64,000 nucleotides of DNA from Haplodiscus bocki. Taxonomy: Eukaryota. The position numbers and the translations under genes were made by a program. The notes below the pieces were generated by a model that saw nothing but the letters and a program-made list of their open reading frames with translations, ran no database searches and had not been told where the DNA came from. Positions 24,301 to 39,399 of this stretch are shown here, piece after piece. The stretch spans positions 4,030,001-4,094,000 of the forward strand of contig OZ296652.1 of assembly GCA_965655095.1 (NCBI GenBank), given 5' to 3'. The stretch's first letter is position 1. The number at the start of each line of letters is the position of its first letter.

Positions 24301-27300
24301 GCGAGTACCTCAATTTTTTTGAAGAAAATGTCCCAAGATTTGTTGACTTCAAAACAGAAAGCTGAAGCAATTTTTTTATCTAATGTTCAATGGTACATTT
24401 ATAGTAATGTGTAAAGAGGTCGTCTTTTGACTTGATGGATCCGATCCTAAATTTGAGTTTTTGTAATAGGACCTGTAAACATTAGCTTCCCTTATCAAAT
24501 TTTTCGAAATTATCCCTCAAAATTATCCCATAAAAGTCTCCAACTGATTGTTGCGTCTCTCCAAATACAAAATGTTTTCGTCAATTAACAAGAAAAACGA
24601 ATTTGTTATTTCTTCCCAGTGAAAATTGCGCACCTGACACGTGGATTTGCCGTGAAGACACTAATAACCTTTCCTTTTAAGAAATTCAAAGTCTCTTTGT
24701 GCTCTCGAATTTTCTCAAGACACATCTCGTTTGCACATTACACGATCCCAATTGGTTCAAAATAGTTTTTTTTGTCATACTGACATTCAGGTTTGAATGT
24801 GCTACATATCGTAGTTGCTCACCATTTTTTCATACCTGCTTGCAACTTAACATTGATTCTTGTAGAGGTGGTGAATTTCGCGATGGTTATTTTTGAAGAA
24901 CTCTGTAAGTGTAAATTGATTAACTTGTAGTTCATTTTTTCTGACGGTAAAGAAGCGAGATTTTTTGTTCTGAGAATGGAACGACAAGTGAATGAATCTA
25001 ATTGGATGCTCAATGATATCTTTATAAAAATGAGTTTAGAAGTTGTCTTTTGACTTTCTATATCGAAGTCTATTTTTAGATTTGTGTAATAGAACCTGTA
25101 AAAACATGCTTGTTTCATCAAGAAAATGAATATATCCCGCAAACTCTCAAAGAAACAATTGAGATATTTTTTGGAAAAACTCACTTCCTCTTGGAGGATT
25201 TAACGCGGCTCTGTCTTCACATCGGCAGACTGGAAAACCTTGATTGCAAGAATCTTTTGGTCGGAGCTTCTGCTAACACGTTTTGTTCGGTGCTGGGACT
25301 GCGAAATGTCGAAATTGATGTGGTAAAGTTAACTATTTCGGTTTGTTTCGTCCGAAAGCTCCGCTGGAATTTAATCGCAAAATGAACTTAGTTTGGAAAA
25401 ATTGAGAAAACTGCTTTTTGACAGACATCAATTAATTTTGGTCGGGAAACTTCGCAAAATTAATTCTCAGGTGGAGTAGCGGTAAACGCGATGCAAATTG
25501 GTTAAGGGTTTCAATTTTCAGCGATGGCAACACTGGCAACGGCTTTAATGCGTTTGGTTGGAATTATTTAGGCCTTTTTGGATAAAATAATTTGAAACTG
25601 TAGTTCAGTGGTTAGAAAGCTGAGATCACGTGAGGTATTTGTTGGTGAGTACTGTCATGCAGGTCGTCGTAACAAAACTTTTAACTCCCATACCACAATG
25701 GCTGTGCAAAGATCATTTTTTTCTTTCATCTTATGGATGTTTTCTGATTGAAAGTTGAGATGAAACTAAGAACATAAAGAAACTTAACTTTCTCAGTCAA
25801 GTTGTCTCATTGTCTAGGGATTGCGTTTCACTTGAATTATTTTCCAGAGAAACTGTCGTTTTATCGGGCGAATTCGTGCGACTCGATTCAATTTATCAAA
25901 CACACTGTCTGGGATAGCTAATTCACGAGATTCCGTTTTTCCGACCAACTGTCACCATTCAGAGGAAACTCGTTCCACTTGAGTTGGTTTTACAGAAAGA
26001 GTTTTTTATCCAAAGAATTAGTATCTCAATTGTATGTAGTTGGTTTTAAGATGAAAGAAAATAAAAGACAAGTACTTTTATGGTTGGTCCTTCCTCTAGC
26101 GTTCGTGATTCCTTTTACGATCTTTTCGTACTTGTTGAAAAATTACCGAGTATTTCTTGCTACATATTCTCAGCTAAAATTCCCTTTGCATCGGTGGAGT
26201 CAATTTGCTACAAACTTAACGTTACTTTCAGAATAATACTTTTTGCTCCAATCACTCAATTGCCTTCAGTCAATTGCAACGAGAAATTACGTGTGTGAAA
26301 TGAGGTTTAAGAACTACAACACGAAATCTTGCTGGTCACAAGAAGTGGAAATGGACACATTTTGTCTTCAACAACAGGACAATAGAAGACTTTAATAAAA
26401 TTTCGGATTGATTTTTGTTTGTCTCCAAACACGAGAAGCCATGGGTCACTTAACAAGAAAAACCATTTTGATTATTCATCCCAGGGATTATTGCGCACTT
26501 GACACGTATACGAGCTTTGAGCAAACTGATAGTTGCTTCTGCCAAGAAGTTGAAAGAAATTTTCTGCGCACAGAAACTCAGAGAACACATTTTGTTCGGA
26601 AAATAACACTTTTCCAGAAAATTTAAATATGCTATGCTCATGCCAATGCTCACGCTTGAATGTGCTACACATCATAAGTACTCTCAAATCTTTCACAACT
26701 CTTTGGAACGTGACGTCGGCTCTGGTAGAGGTGGTGAATTTAAAGGTGAATATGGTTGACGATTTCTGTAAGTTCGAACTGATTAGCGAGTAGCTCAATT
26801 TTTTTGAAGAAAAAGTCGCAAGATTTGATGTCCTCAAAACGAAAAGCTGAAGCAAATTTTTTATCTAATGTTCAATGGTACCTTTATAGTAATGTTTAAA
26901 AAGGTCGTCTTTTGACTTGGTGGATCGAATCCTAAATTTGAGTTTTTGTAATAGGACCTGTAAACATTAGCTTGCCTCATCAAACATTTTGAAGATATCC
27001 CTCAAAATTATCCCATAAAAGTCTCCAACTGATTGTTGTGTCTCTCCAAATACAAAATCTTTTCGCCAACCAACAAGAAAAACGAATTTGTTATTTCCTC
27101 CCAGTGAATTTTGCGCACCTGACACTTGGAGTTGCCTTGAGGACACTAATAATCAATTCTTCTAGGAGATTGAAAGTTTTTTTTGCTTGCTAATTTTCTC
27201 AAGACACTTCTCGTTTGCACATTACACGATCCCAATGAGTTCAAAAAAGTTTTTTTGTCATACTGACTTTCAGGTTTGAATGTGCTACATATCGTAGTTG

Positions 27301-30300
27301 CTCACCACATTTTTTCATACCTGCTTGCAACTTAACATTGATTCTTGTAGAGGTGGTGAATTTCGCGATGGTTGTTTTTGAAGAACTCTGTAAGTGTAAA
27401 TTGATTAACTTGTAAATCAATTTTTCTGACGGTAAAGAAGCGAGATTTTTTGTTTTGAGAATGGAACGACAAGTGAATGAATCTAATTGGATGCTCAAAT
27501 ATATCTTTATAGTAATGAGTTTAGAAGTTGTCTTTTGATTTTGTATATCGAAGTCTATTTTTAGATTTGTGTAATAGAACCTGTAAAAACATGCTTGTTT
27601 CATCAAGAAAATGAATATATCCCGCAAACTCTCAAAGAAACAATTGAGATATTTTTTGGAAAAACTCACTTCCTCTTGGGGGATTTAACGCGGCTCTGTC
27701 TTCAAATCGGCAGACTGTAAAACCTTGATTGCAAGAATCTTTTGGTCGGAGCTTCTGCTAACACGTTTTGTTCGATGCTGGGACTGCGAAATGTCGAAAT
27801 TGATGTGGTAAAGTTAACTATTTCGGTTTGTTTCGTCCGAAAGCTCCGCTGGAATTTAATCGCAAAATGAACTTAGTTTGGAAAAATTGAGAAAACTGCT
27901 TTTTGACAGACATCAATTAATTTTGGTCGGGAAACTTCTCAAAATTAATTGTCAGGTGGAGTAGCGGTAAACTTGATGCAAATTGGTTAAGGGTTTCAAT
28001 TTTCAGCAAGAGCAACACTGGCAACGACTTTAATGCGTTTAGTTGGACTTATTTACGCCTTTTTGGATAAAATAATTTGAAACTGTAGTTCAGTTGTTTG
28101 AAAGCTCAGATCACGTGATGTATTTGTTGGTGAGTACTGCCATGCATGTCGTCGTAACAAAACTTTTAACTCCCATACCACAATGGCTGTGCAATGATCA
28201 TTTTTTTCTTTCATCTTATGGATGTGTTCTGATTGAAAGTTGAGATGAAACTAAGAACATAAAGAAACTTAACTTTCTCAGTCAAGTTCTCTCATTGTCT
28301 AGGGATTGCGTTTCACTTGAATTAATTTCCAGAGAAACTGTCGCTTTATCGGGGGAATTCGTGCGGCTTGATTCAAATTATCAAACACACTGTCTGGGAT
28401 AGTTAATTCACGTGATTCCTTTTTTCCGACCAACTGTCACCATTCAGAGGAAACTCGTTCCACTTGAATTGGTTTTACAGAAAGAGTTTTTTATCCAAAG
28501 AATTAGTATTTCAATTGTATGTAGTTGGTTTTAAGATGAAAGAAAATAAAAGACAAGTCCTTTTATGGTTGGTCCTTCCTCTAGCGTTCGTTATTCCTTT
28601 TACGATCTTTTCGTACTTGTTGAAAAATTACCGGGTATTTCTTGCTACATATTCTCAGCTATTTTTCCCTTTGCATCGGTAGAGTCACTTTGCTACAAAC
28701 TTAACGTTACTTTCAGAATAATACTTTTTGCTCCAATCACTCAATTGCCTTCAGTCAATTGCAACGAGAAATTACGTGAGAGAAATGTGGTTTACAAACT
28801 ACAACACGAAATCTTGCTGGTCACAAGAAATGGACATGGACACATTTTGTCTTCAACAACAGGACAATAGAAGACTCTAATAAAAATTCGGATTGGTTTT
28901 TGTTCGTCTCCAAATTCGAGAAGCCATGGGTCACTTAACAAGAAAAACCAATTTGTTTATTCATCCCAGGGATTATTGCGCACCTGACACGTGTACGCGC
29001 TTTGAGCAAACTGATAGTTGCTTTTGCCAAGAAGTTGAAAGAATTTTTCCGCGCGCAGAAACTCAAAGAGAACATTTTGTTCGAAAAATAACACTTTTCC
29101 AAAAAAAATTAAATATGCTATGCTCATGCCAATGCTCACGCTTGAATGTGCTACACATCATAATTACTCTCAAATGTTTCACAACTCTTTGGAACGTGAC
29201 GTCGGCTCTGGTAGAGGTGGTGAATTTAAAGGTGAATATGGTTGATGACTTCTGTAAATTCGAACTGATTACCGAGTAGCTCAATCTTTTGGAAGAAAAA
29301 GTCCAATGATTTGTTGTTTTCAAAACGAGAAGCTGAAGGAAATTTTTTATCTGAATGTTCAATGATAACTTTATGGTAATGTTTAAAAAGGTCGTCTTTT
29401 GACTTGGTGGATCGAATCCTAAATTTGAGTTTTTGTAATAGGACCTGTAAACATTAGTTTGCCTCATCAAACATTTTGAAGATATCCCTCAAAATTATCC
29501 CATAAAAGTCTCAAACTGATTGTTGTGTCTCTCCGAATAAAAATGCTTTCGTCAATCAACAAGAAAAACGACTTTGTTATTTCTTCCCAGTGAATATTGC
29601 GCACCTGACACGTGGAGTTGCCTTTAGGACACTAATAACAATTTCTCTTAGGACATTGAAAGTCTTTTTGTGCTTGCTAATTTTCTCAACTTACATCTCG
29701 TTTGCACATTACACGATCCCAGTTAGTTCAAAATAATTTTTTGTCATTCTGACATTCAGGTTTGAATGTGCTACATATCGTTGTTGCTCACCATTTTTTC
29801 ATACCTGCTTGCAACTTAACATTGATTCTTGTAGAGGTGGTGAATTTCGCGATGGTTGTTTTTGAAGAACTCTGTAAGTGTAAATTGATTAACTTGTAGT
29901 TCAATTTTTCTGACGGTAAAGAAGCGAGATTTTTTGTTTTGAGAATGGAACGACAAGTGAATGAATCTAATTGGATGCTCAATTATATCTTTATAGTAAT
30001 GAGTTTAGAAGTTGTCTTTTGATTTTGTATATCGAAGTCTATTTTTAGATTTGTGTAATAGAACCTGTAAAAACATGCTTGTTTCATCAAGAAAATGAAT
30101 ATATCCCGCAAACTCTCAAAGAAACAATTGAGATATTTTTTGGAAAAACTCACTTCCTCTTGGGGGATTTAACGCGGCTCTGTCTTCAAATCGGCAGACT
30201 GTAAAACCTTGATTGCAAGAATCTTTTGGTCGGAGCTTCTGCTAACACGTTTTGTTCGATGCTGGGACTGCGAAATGTCGAAATTGATGTGGTAAAGTTA

Positions 30301-33300
30301 ACTATTTCGGTTTGTTTCGTCCGGAAGCTCCGCTGGAATTTAATCGCAAAATGAATTTAGTTTGGAAAAATCGAGAGAACTGCTTTTTGACAGACATCAT
30401 TTTTTTTGGTGGGGAAACTTCGCAAAGTTAATTCTCAGGTGGAGTAGCGGTAAACGCGATGCAAATTGGTTAAGGGTTTCAATTTTCAGCGATGGCAACA
30501 CTGGCAACGGCTTTAATGCGTTTGGTTGGACTTATTTACGCCTTTTTGGATAAAATAATTTGAAACTGTAGTTCAGTGGTTAGAAAGCTCAGATCACGTG
30601 ATGTATTTGTTGGTGAGTACTGCCATGCATGTCGTCGTAACAAAACTTTTAACTCCCATATCACAATGGCTGTGCAAAGATTATTTTTTTCTTTCATTTT
30701 ATGGAAGTGTTCTGATTGACAGTTGAGATGAAACTAAGAACATAAAGAAACATAACTTTCTCAGTCAAGTTGTCTCATTGTCTATGGATTTCGTTTCACT
30801 TGAATTATTTTCCAGAGAAACTGTCGCTTTATCGGGCGAATTCGTGCGACTCGATTCAAATTATCAAACACACTGTCTGGGATAGTTAATTCACGAGATT
30901 CCTTTTTTCCGACCAACTGTCACCATTCAGAGGAAACTCGTTCCACTTGAATTGGTTTTACAGAAAGAGTTTTTTATCCAAAGAATTAGTATCTCAATTG
31001 TGTGTAGTTGGTTTTAAGATGAAAGAAAATAAAAGACAAGTCCTTTTATGGTTGGTCCTTCCTCTAGCGTTCGTGATTCCCTTTACGATCTTTTCGTACA
31101 TGTTGAAAATTTACCGAAGAACTCTTGCTACATATTCTCAGCTATTTTTCATTTTGCATCGGTGGAGTCAATTTGCTACAAACTTAACGTTACCTTCAGA
31201 ATAATATTTTTTGCTCCAATCACTCAATTGCCTTCAGTCAATTGCAACGAGAAAGTTACGTGTGAGAAATGTGGTTTCCGAACAACAACGCGAAATTTTG
31301 CTGGTCACAAGAACTGGACACAGACACATTTCGTCTTCAACAAAACCTTACAGGACAATAGAAAACTCTAATAAAATTTCGAATTGATTTTTGTGTGTCT
31401 CCAAATACGAGAATCCGTGGGTCACTTAACAAAAAAAACCAATTTGTTTATTCATCCCAGGGATTATTGCCCATCTGACACGTATACGCGCTTTGAGCAA
31501 ACTGATCGTTGCTTTTGCCAAGAAGTTGAAAGACTTTTTCAGCGCGCAGAAACTCAGAGAACACATTTTGTTGGAAAAATAACACATTTCCAGAAATTTA
31601 AAAATGCTATGCTCTTGCCGATAATCACGCTCCAAATTGCTACACGTCATAAGTACTATCAAATCTTTCACATATGTTCGCAACGTCATATCGGTTCTGG
31701 TAGAAGTGGTAAATTCAGCGATGGTTTTTGTTGATGACTTCTGTAAGCTCGAACTGATTAGAGAGTATCTCAATATTCTTGAAGAAAAAATCCCAAGATT
31801 TGTTGTTTTCAAAACGCAAAGTTGGAGGAATTTGTTTACTTGAATGTTCAATGATAACTTTATAGTAGTGAGTAAAGAGGTCGTCTTTTGATTTGGTGGA
31901 TCCAATCCCAAACTTGAGTTTTTGTAAAGCACCTGTAAACATTAGCTTGCCTTATCAAAAATTTTGAAAACATCCCTCAAAATTATCCCATAAAAGTCTC
32001 CAACTGATTGTTGTGTCTCTTCAAAAACAAAATCTTTTCGCCAATCAACAAAAAGAACGAATTTGTTATTTCTTCCCAGTGAAAATTGCGCACTTGACAC
32101 GTGGAGTTGCCGTGAAGACACTAATAACCATTTCCTTTTGGGAGATTGAAAGTCTTTTTGTGCTTGCGAATTTTCTCAAGACACATCTCCTTTGCACATT
32201 ACACGATCCCAATGAGTTCAAAAAAGTTTTTTTGTCATACTGACATTCAGGTTTGAATGTGCTACATATCGTTGTTGCTCACCATTTTTTCATACCTGCT
32301 TGCAACTTAACATTGATTCTTGTAGAAGTGGTGAATTTCGCGATGGTTGTTTTTGAAGAACTCTGTAAGTGTAAATTGATTAACTTGTAGTTCAATTTTT
32401 CTGACGGTAAAGAAGCGAGATTTTTTGTTTTGAGAATGGAACGACAAGTGAATGAATCTAATTGGATGCTCAATTATATCTTTATAGTAATGAGTTTAGA
32501 AGTTGTCTTTTGATTTTGTATATCGAAGTCTATTTTTAGATTTGTGTAATAGAACCTGTAAAAACATGCTTGTTTCATCAAGAAAATGAATATATCCCGC
32601 AAACTCTCAAAGAAACAATTGAGATATTTTTTGGAAAAACTCACTTCCTCTTGGGGGATTTAACGCGGCTCTGTCTTCAAATCGGCAGACTGTAAAACCT
32701 TGATTGCAAGAATCTTTTGGTCGGAGCTTCTGCTATTACGTTTTGTTCGATGCTGGGACTGCGAAATGTCGAAATTGATGTGGTAAAGTTAATTATTTCG
32801 GTTTGTTTCGTCCGGAAGCTCCGCTGGAATTTAATCGCAAAATGAATTTAGTTTGGAAAAATCGAGAGAACTGCTTTTTGACAGACATCATTTTTTTTGG
32901 TCGGGAAACTTCGCAAAGTTAATTCTCAGGTGGAGTAGCGGTAAACGCGATGCAAATTGGTTAAGGGTTTCAATTTTCAGCGATGGCAACACTGGCAACG
33001 GCTTTAATGCGTTTGGTTGGACTTATTTACGCCTTTTTGGATAAAATAATTTGAAAATGTAGTTCAGTGGTTAGAAAGCTCAGATCACGTGATGTATTTG
33101 TTGGTGAGTACTGCCATGCATGTCGTCGTAACAAAACTTTTAACTCCCATACCACAATGGCTGTGCAATGATCATTTTTTTCTTTCATCTTATGGATGTG
33201 TTCTGATTGAAAGTTGAGATGAAACTAAGAACATAAAGAAACTTAACTTTCTCAGTCAAGTTGTCTCATTGTCTAGGGATTGCGTTTCACTTGAATTATT

Positions 33301-36300
33301 TTCCAGAGAAACTGTCGCTTTATCGGGCGAATTCGTGCGACTCGATTCAAATTATCAAACACACTGTCTGGGATAGTTAATTCACGAGATTCCTTTTTTC
33401 CGACCAACTGTCACCATTCAGAGGAAACTCGTTCCACTTGAATTGGTTTTACAGAAAGAGTTTTTTATCCAAAGAATTAGTATCTCAATTGTGTGTAGTT
33501 GGTTTTAAGATGAAAGAAAATAAAAGACAAGTCCTTTTATGGTTGGTCCTTCCTCTAGCGTTCGTGATTCCCTTTACGATCTTTTCGTACATGTTGAAAA
33601 TTTACCGAAGAACTCTTGCTACATATTCTCAGCTATTTTTCATTTTGCATCGGTGGAGTCAATTTGCTACAAACTTAACGTTACCTTCAGAATAATATTT
33701 TTTGCTCCAATCACTCAATTGCCTTCAGTCAATTGCAACGAGAAAGTTACGTGTGAGAAATGTGGTTTCCGAACAACAACGCGAAATTTTGCTGGTCACA
33801 AGAACTGGACACAGACACATTTCGTCTTCAACAAAACCTTACAGGACAATAGAAAACTCTAATAAAATTTCGAATTGATTTTTGTGTGTCTCCAAATACG
33901 AGAATCCGTGGGTCACTTAACAAAAAAAAACCAATTTGTTTATTCATCCCAGGGATTATTGCCCATCTGACACGTATACGCGCTTTGAGCAAACTGATCG
34001 TTGCTTTTGCCAAGAAGTTGAAAGACTTTTTCAGCGCGCAGAAACTCAGAGAACACATTTTGTTGGAAAAATAACACATTTCCAGAAATTTAAAAATGGT
34101 ATGCTCTTGCCGATAATCACGCTCCAAATTGCTACACGTCATAAGTACTATCAAATCTTTCACATATGTTCGCAACGTCATATCGGTTCTGGTAGAAGTG
34201 GTAAATTCAGCGATGGTTTTTGTTGATGACTTCTGTAAGCTCGAACTGATTAGAGAGTATCTCAATATTCTTGAAGAAAAAATCCCAAGATTTGTTGTTT
34301 TCAAAACGCAAAGTTGGAGGAATTTGTTTACTTGAATGTTCAATGATAACTTTATAGTAGTGAGTAAAGAGGTCGTCTTTTGATTTGGTGGATCCAATCC
34401 CAAACTTGAGTTTTTGTAAAGCACCTGTAAACATTAGCTTGCCTTATCAAAAATTTTGAAAACATCCCTCAAAATTATCCCATAAAAGTCTCCAACTGAT
34501 TGTTGTGTCTCTTCAAAAACAAAATCTTTTCGCCAATCAACAAAAAGAACGAATTTGTTATTTCTTCCCAGTGAAAATTGCGCACTTGACACGTGGAGTT
34601 GCCGTGAAGACACTAATAACCATTTCCTTTTGGGAGATTGAAAGTCTTTTTGTGCTTGCGAATTTTCTCAAGACACATCTCCTTTGCACATTACACGATC
34701 CCAATGAGTTCAAAAAAGTTTTTTTGTCATACTGACATTCAGGTTTGAATGTGCTACATATCGTTGTTGCTCACCATTTTTTCATACCTGCTTGCAACTT
34801 AACATTGATTCTTGTAGAGGTGGTGAATTTGGCGATGGTTATTGTTGAAGTACTCTGTAAGTGTAAATTGAATAACTTGTAATTCATTTTTTTGATGGTA
34901 AAGAAGCCACATTTTTTGTTTTGAATAGGGAACGATAAATGAAGAAGTCTTTTTGGACGTTCAATGGTATCTTTGTAGTAATGAGTAAAGAGTATTTCTT
35001 TTGACTTGGTGTATCCAATTTTAATTTTGGATTTCGGCAAGAGAACCTGTAAACAGTTGCTTGATTTATCAAAAAACTTTAAAATATGTTGCAAAATTCT
35101 CCCGTTAAGATCTCGAATTGACTTATTTGTCTCTGCAAATACGAGTTTCATTCGTAATTCAACAAGAAAACGAAATTGGTAAATCTTGCCAGTGATTATT
35201 GCGCACTTGACACGTAGACGTGCATTGAGGACAGCGATAGTTGCTTCTGCCGAGAAGTTCCAAAAACTTGATCTGCGCGCAAGGTTTGAGAGAATACTTT
35301 TCGCTCGGACAATACACGTTTCCAAAAAGCTTAATTATGCCTTGCTCATGCCGATAATCACGATTGAATGTGCAACAAAAATTAAGTACTCCCAAATCCA
35401 TCAGAAGTGTTTGCAACGTGACGTCGGTTCTGGTAGAGGTGGTGAAAAAAGCGATGATTATGCTTGACGATTTCTGTAAGTTCGAACTGATTAGCGTGTA
35501 GCTCAATTTCTTTGATGGAAAGGTCCCAAGGCTTTTCGTACTCAAAACGAAAACTTGAAGGAATTTGTTTACCTAATAGTTCAATGCCATCTTTATAGTA
35601 ATGAGTAAAGAGGTTGTCAGTTGACTGTGTAGATCCAATCCTTTTTTTGGGTTTCAGTATTGGAGCCTGTAATCAATTGATTGCTGTATCAGAATTTTCG
35701 AAATTATCCTACGAGCAATCGATCACATAACTGAGATCTCTGTTACAGATACTCACTGACTCTTGGAGGATATAACGCTGCTGTGTCTTCAAATCACATG
35801 ATTGGAAAAACTTGATTGCAAGAGATTTTTTGTTGGAGCCTTTGCTAACACGTGTTCTTCCTTGTCAGAACTGCAAAGTATCGCACATAATGTGGTAAAA
35901 AGATTAATCCACCTCAGTTTCGTCCGAAAACTCCTCTGGTAACTCATAATCAAAAGGCTAAACTTTGGAAAAAGAGAAAATTTTGCTTTTTGACAGACAT
36001 CAACTATTTTAATCAGTAAGCTTTGCAAAACTTTTTGTAAAGTGGAGTAGCCGTAAAAACAATGCCGATGGATAGGGTTTTCATTTTTCAGCAAGGGCAA
36101 CACTGGCAATGCTTTCAGTCGGAGGATTTAAATATTTCGTTTCGGGTAATTAATTTTGAAACTGTTGTTTAGTGGTTAAAAAGCTAAGATCACGAAACAT
36201 ATTTTCTGGTGAGTACTGTCATGCATGTCAGCGTTCCAAATTTTTAACTTCCATACCACAGTGGTGGGGCAAAGTTAATCTTTTTTCTTTCTGCTTATGG

Positions 36301-39300
36301 CAGTTTTTTTGATTGACAATTGATAAAAATTATAGAGAGGATAAACAAAAACAACTTTCTCAGACAAGTCGTCTCCTTGTCAGGGGAATTCGTTTCACTT
36401 GAATTCATTCACCAGAGAAAGTGTCGCCGGATCGGGGAATTCGTTCGGCTTGATTTAATTTAACAGCCACGCTGTCTGGGATAGTTAATCCACGTGACTC
36501 CTTTTTTCAGACCGTCTGTCACCACACAAAGGGAACTTGTTCCACTTGAAACGTTCTAACAGAAAGGCTTTCTTTACCAAGGAAACAGTAGTTCAAGGTA
36601 TAAAGGTGGTTTTAAGATGAGAGAAAATAATTGACAAGTACTCTTATGGTTGGTCGTTCCTCTAGCGATTCGTGATTGCTTTTATGATCTATTCGTACAT
36701 GTTTAAAAATTACCGAGTAACTCCCGCTAAATATTCTCAGCCATTTTTTCCTTTTGCATTGATGGAGTCAATTTGCTACAAATTTAACGTTTCCATCAGA
36801 ATATTCTCTTTCGCTCCTATCAATCAGGTGCCTTCAGTCAATTTCAACGAGAAAGTTACATGTGAAAAGCGCGCTTTCCAAACTACAACGCGAAATCTTG
36901 CTCGTCACGAGAAGTGGAAATAGAAATATTTTTTGTCCAACAATACCTTCCCGGACAATAGACATCTATATTGAAAACTCAAACTCATTTTTGTGTCTCT
37001 CCAATTACGAGAATCCATGGGCAACTCAACAGCAGAAACGATTTTTTTCATTCTTCCCAGAGAATAGTGCGCACCTGACACGTATATGTGCTTTGAACAA
37101 ACTGATATTTTTTTGTACCCAAACGTTGCAAGAATTTTTTCGGCGCAATTGTTGAGAAAACACATTTTGTTTGGACAATTAACCTTTTCAAAAAAACTAA
37201 ACACTCTTTCCTCATGTCAATGCTCACGCTTGAATGTGCTACACGCAATAAGTACTCTCAAACCTTTCACAATTGTTTGCAACGTGATATCAGTTCTGGT
37301 AGAAGTGGTGAACTTAGTTATGAATATGGTTGACGGTTTCCGTAAGTTCGAACTGATTAGCATCTAGCTCAATTTCTGTGATGAAAATGCCCCAAGATTT
37401 GTTGTTTCCAAAACGACAAGTGGAGGAAGTTTTTCATCTGAACGTTCAATGACGTTTTTATAGTATTAAGTTGTTTTGAGGTATTTTTTCGACTTGCTGG
37501 ATTCAATCCTTATTTTGCCTTTCGGTAATAGGACCTGTTAAAACTTGCTTGCTTTATCAAAAAATGTGTAACTATCCTGCAAAATTACCCCATTAAAATC
37601 GCGGATTGATTTTTGTGTCTCTCCAAATACAAAATCCATTGGTTACTCAACAAGCAAAACGAATTTGTTAATTCATCCCAGTGAAAATTGCGCACTTGGC
37701 ACGTAGACGTGCATTGAGGACAGTGACAGTTGCTTCTGCCGAGAACTTCAGAAGAACGTGATCTTCGCGCAAGGTTTGAGATAATACTTTTTGTTCGGAC
37801 AATACACGTTTCCAAAAACCCTATTTATGTCATGCTCATTCCGATAGTCACGATTGAATGTGCAACACAGTTTAAGTACTCCCAAATCCATGACAATTGT
37901 TTGAAACGTTATATCGATTCTGGTTGAGGTGGTGAGTTCAGCGATGGTTTTGGTTGACAAAATCTGCAAATACGAACTGATTAGAGTGTAGCTCAATTTT
38001 TGGATGAAAACGTCCCAAGGTTTGTTGTTTTCAAAACGAAAATTTGAAGGAATTTGTTTACTCGAATGCTCAACGATATCTTTATAGTAATGAATAAAGA
38101 GGTTGTCTTTGGACTTTACAGATCCAATCCTATTTTTGGGTTAAGGCAATGGAACCTGTAAACACTTGCTTGCTCCATCAATATATTTGAAATTATCCCT
38201 CGAAATGTTGATAAAACAAATGAAATCTCTTCTGGCAGCACTCAAAGACTTTTGGAGGATAAAGCGCTGCTGTGTCCTCAAATCGCAGGATGGGAAAAAC
38301 TTGAATGCAGGAAACTTTTTGTTGGAACCTTTGCTTACACATTTTTTTCGATCGTGGGACAGCAAATTGTCGAAAATTTTGTGGTGAAATTATCTCTCTA
38401 CATTGCTTTCGTCCGTAACATCCTCTGGTTTTTCATCGCAAAATGAACGTAGTTTGGAAAAACTGAGGAAGTTGCATTTTGACAGACATCAACTACTTTC
38501 AGTCGTTAAAATTTGCAAAATTATTTGTGAGGTGGTGTAGCGGTGAAAGCGATGCAGATTGGTTAAGGATTTCAATTTTCAGCGATGACAACAGTGGCAA
38601 CGACTTTAATGCGATTGGTCGGACTTAGTTATGTCTTTTTGGATGAATTAATTTGAAACTGTGGTATAGTGGTTAGAAAGCTCAGATCAAGTGATGTATT
38701 TGCTCGTGAGTACTGTCATGCATGTCTTCGTTCCAATACTTTTAACTCCCATAACACAATGGCTGTGCAAAGATTTTTTTTTCATTTTACGGAAGTGTTC
38801 TCATTGACAGTTGAGATGAAACTAAAGAAGATAAAGAAACTTATCTTTCTCAGACAAGTTGTCTCATTGTCAGGGGACTTCGTTTCACTTGAAATTAATC
38901 TCCAGAGAAACTGTCGCTTTATCGGCGGACTTCGTTCGGTTTGATTCATGTCAACAAAGGCACTGTCTGGGATAGTTAATTCACGTGTATCTTTTTTTCA
39001 GACCATCTGTCTCCATTCAAAGGGAACTTGCTCAACTTGAATTGGTTTCACAGAAAGGTTTTTCTATCCAAATAATTAGTATTTCAATTGTATGTAGTGG
39101 TTTTCGGACAAAAACAAATCATTGACAAGTCTTCTTTTAGCTGGCATTTTCTCTGGCAATTCGTATTTTCTTTCATGGTCTTTTCTTTATAAGTTAAAAA
39201 ACGTTACGAAGTGACTCTTGCTATAAATCTCGCTTTTTTTGCCTCGCTGCAGTCAATTTGCTACAAAAGAACCGTTTCTTTCAGAATATTCTTTTTTGCT

Positions 39301-39399
39301 CCCTCCACTCAATTGCTTTTGTCCAATGGCTACGAGAATTTTACGTGCAAGAAGTGTAGTTTCCAAACTACAACTCGAAAACTTGCTCGTCACAGGAAG
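21369..39399. repeat. Array block 2: six ~2.49-kb units (A + A' + B) and one 3.11-kb unit (A + A' + A'' + B at 33,806-36,914)
   Basis: Spacings of 2493, 2484, 2485, 2484, 2491, 3109 and 2485. The ~620-bp module beginning ...GATTTTTGTGTGTCTCCAAATAC occurs twice per unit, and three times in the 3.11-kb unit. Confidence 0.93.
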
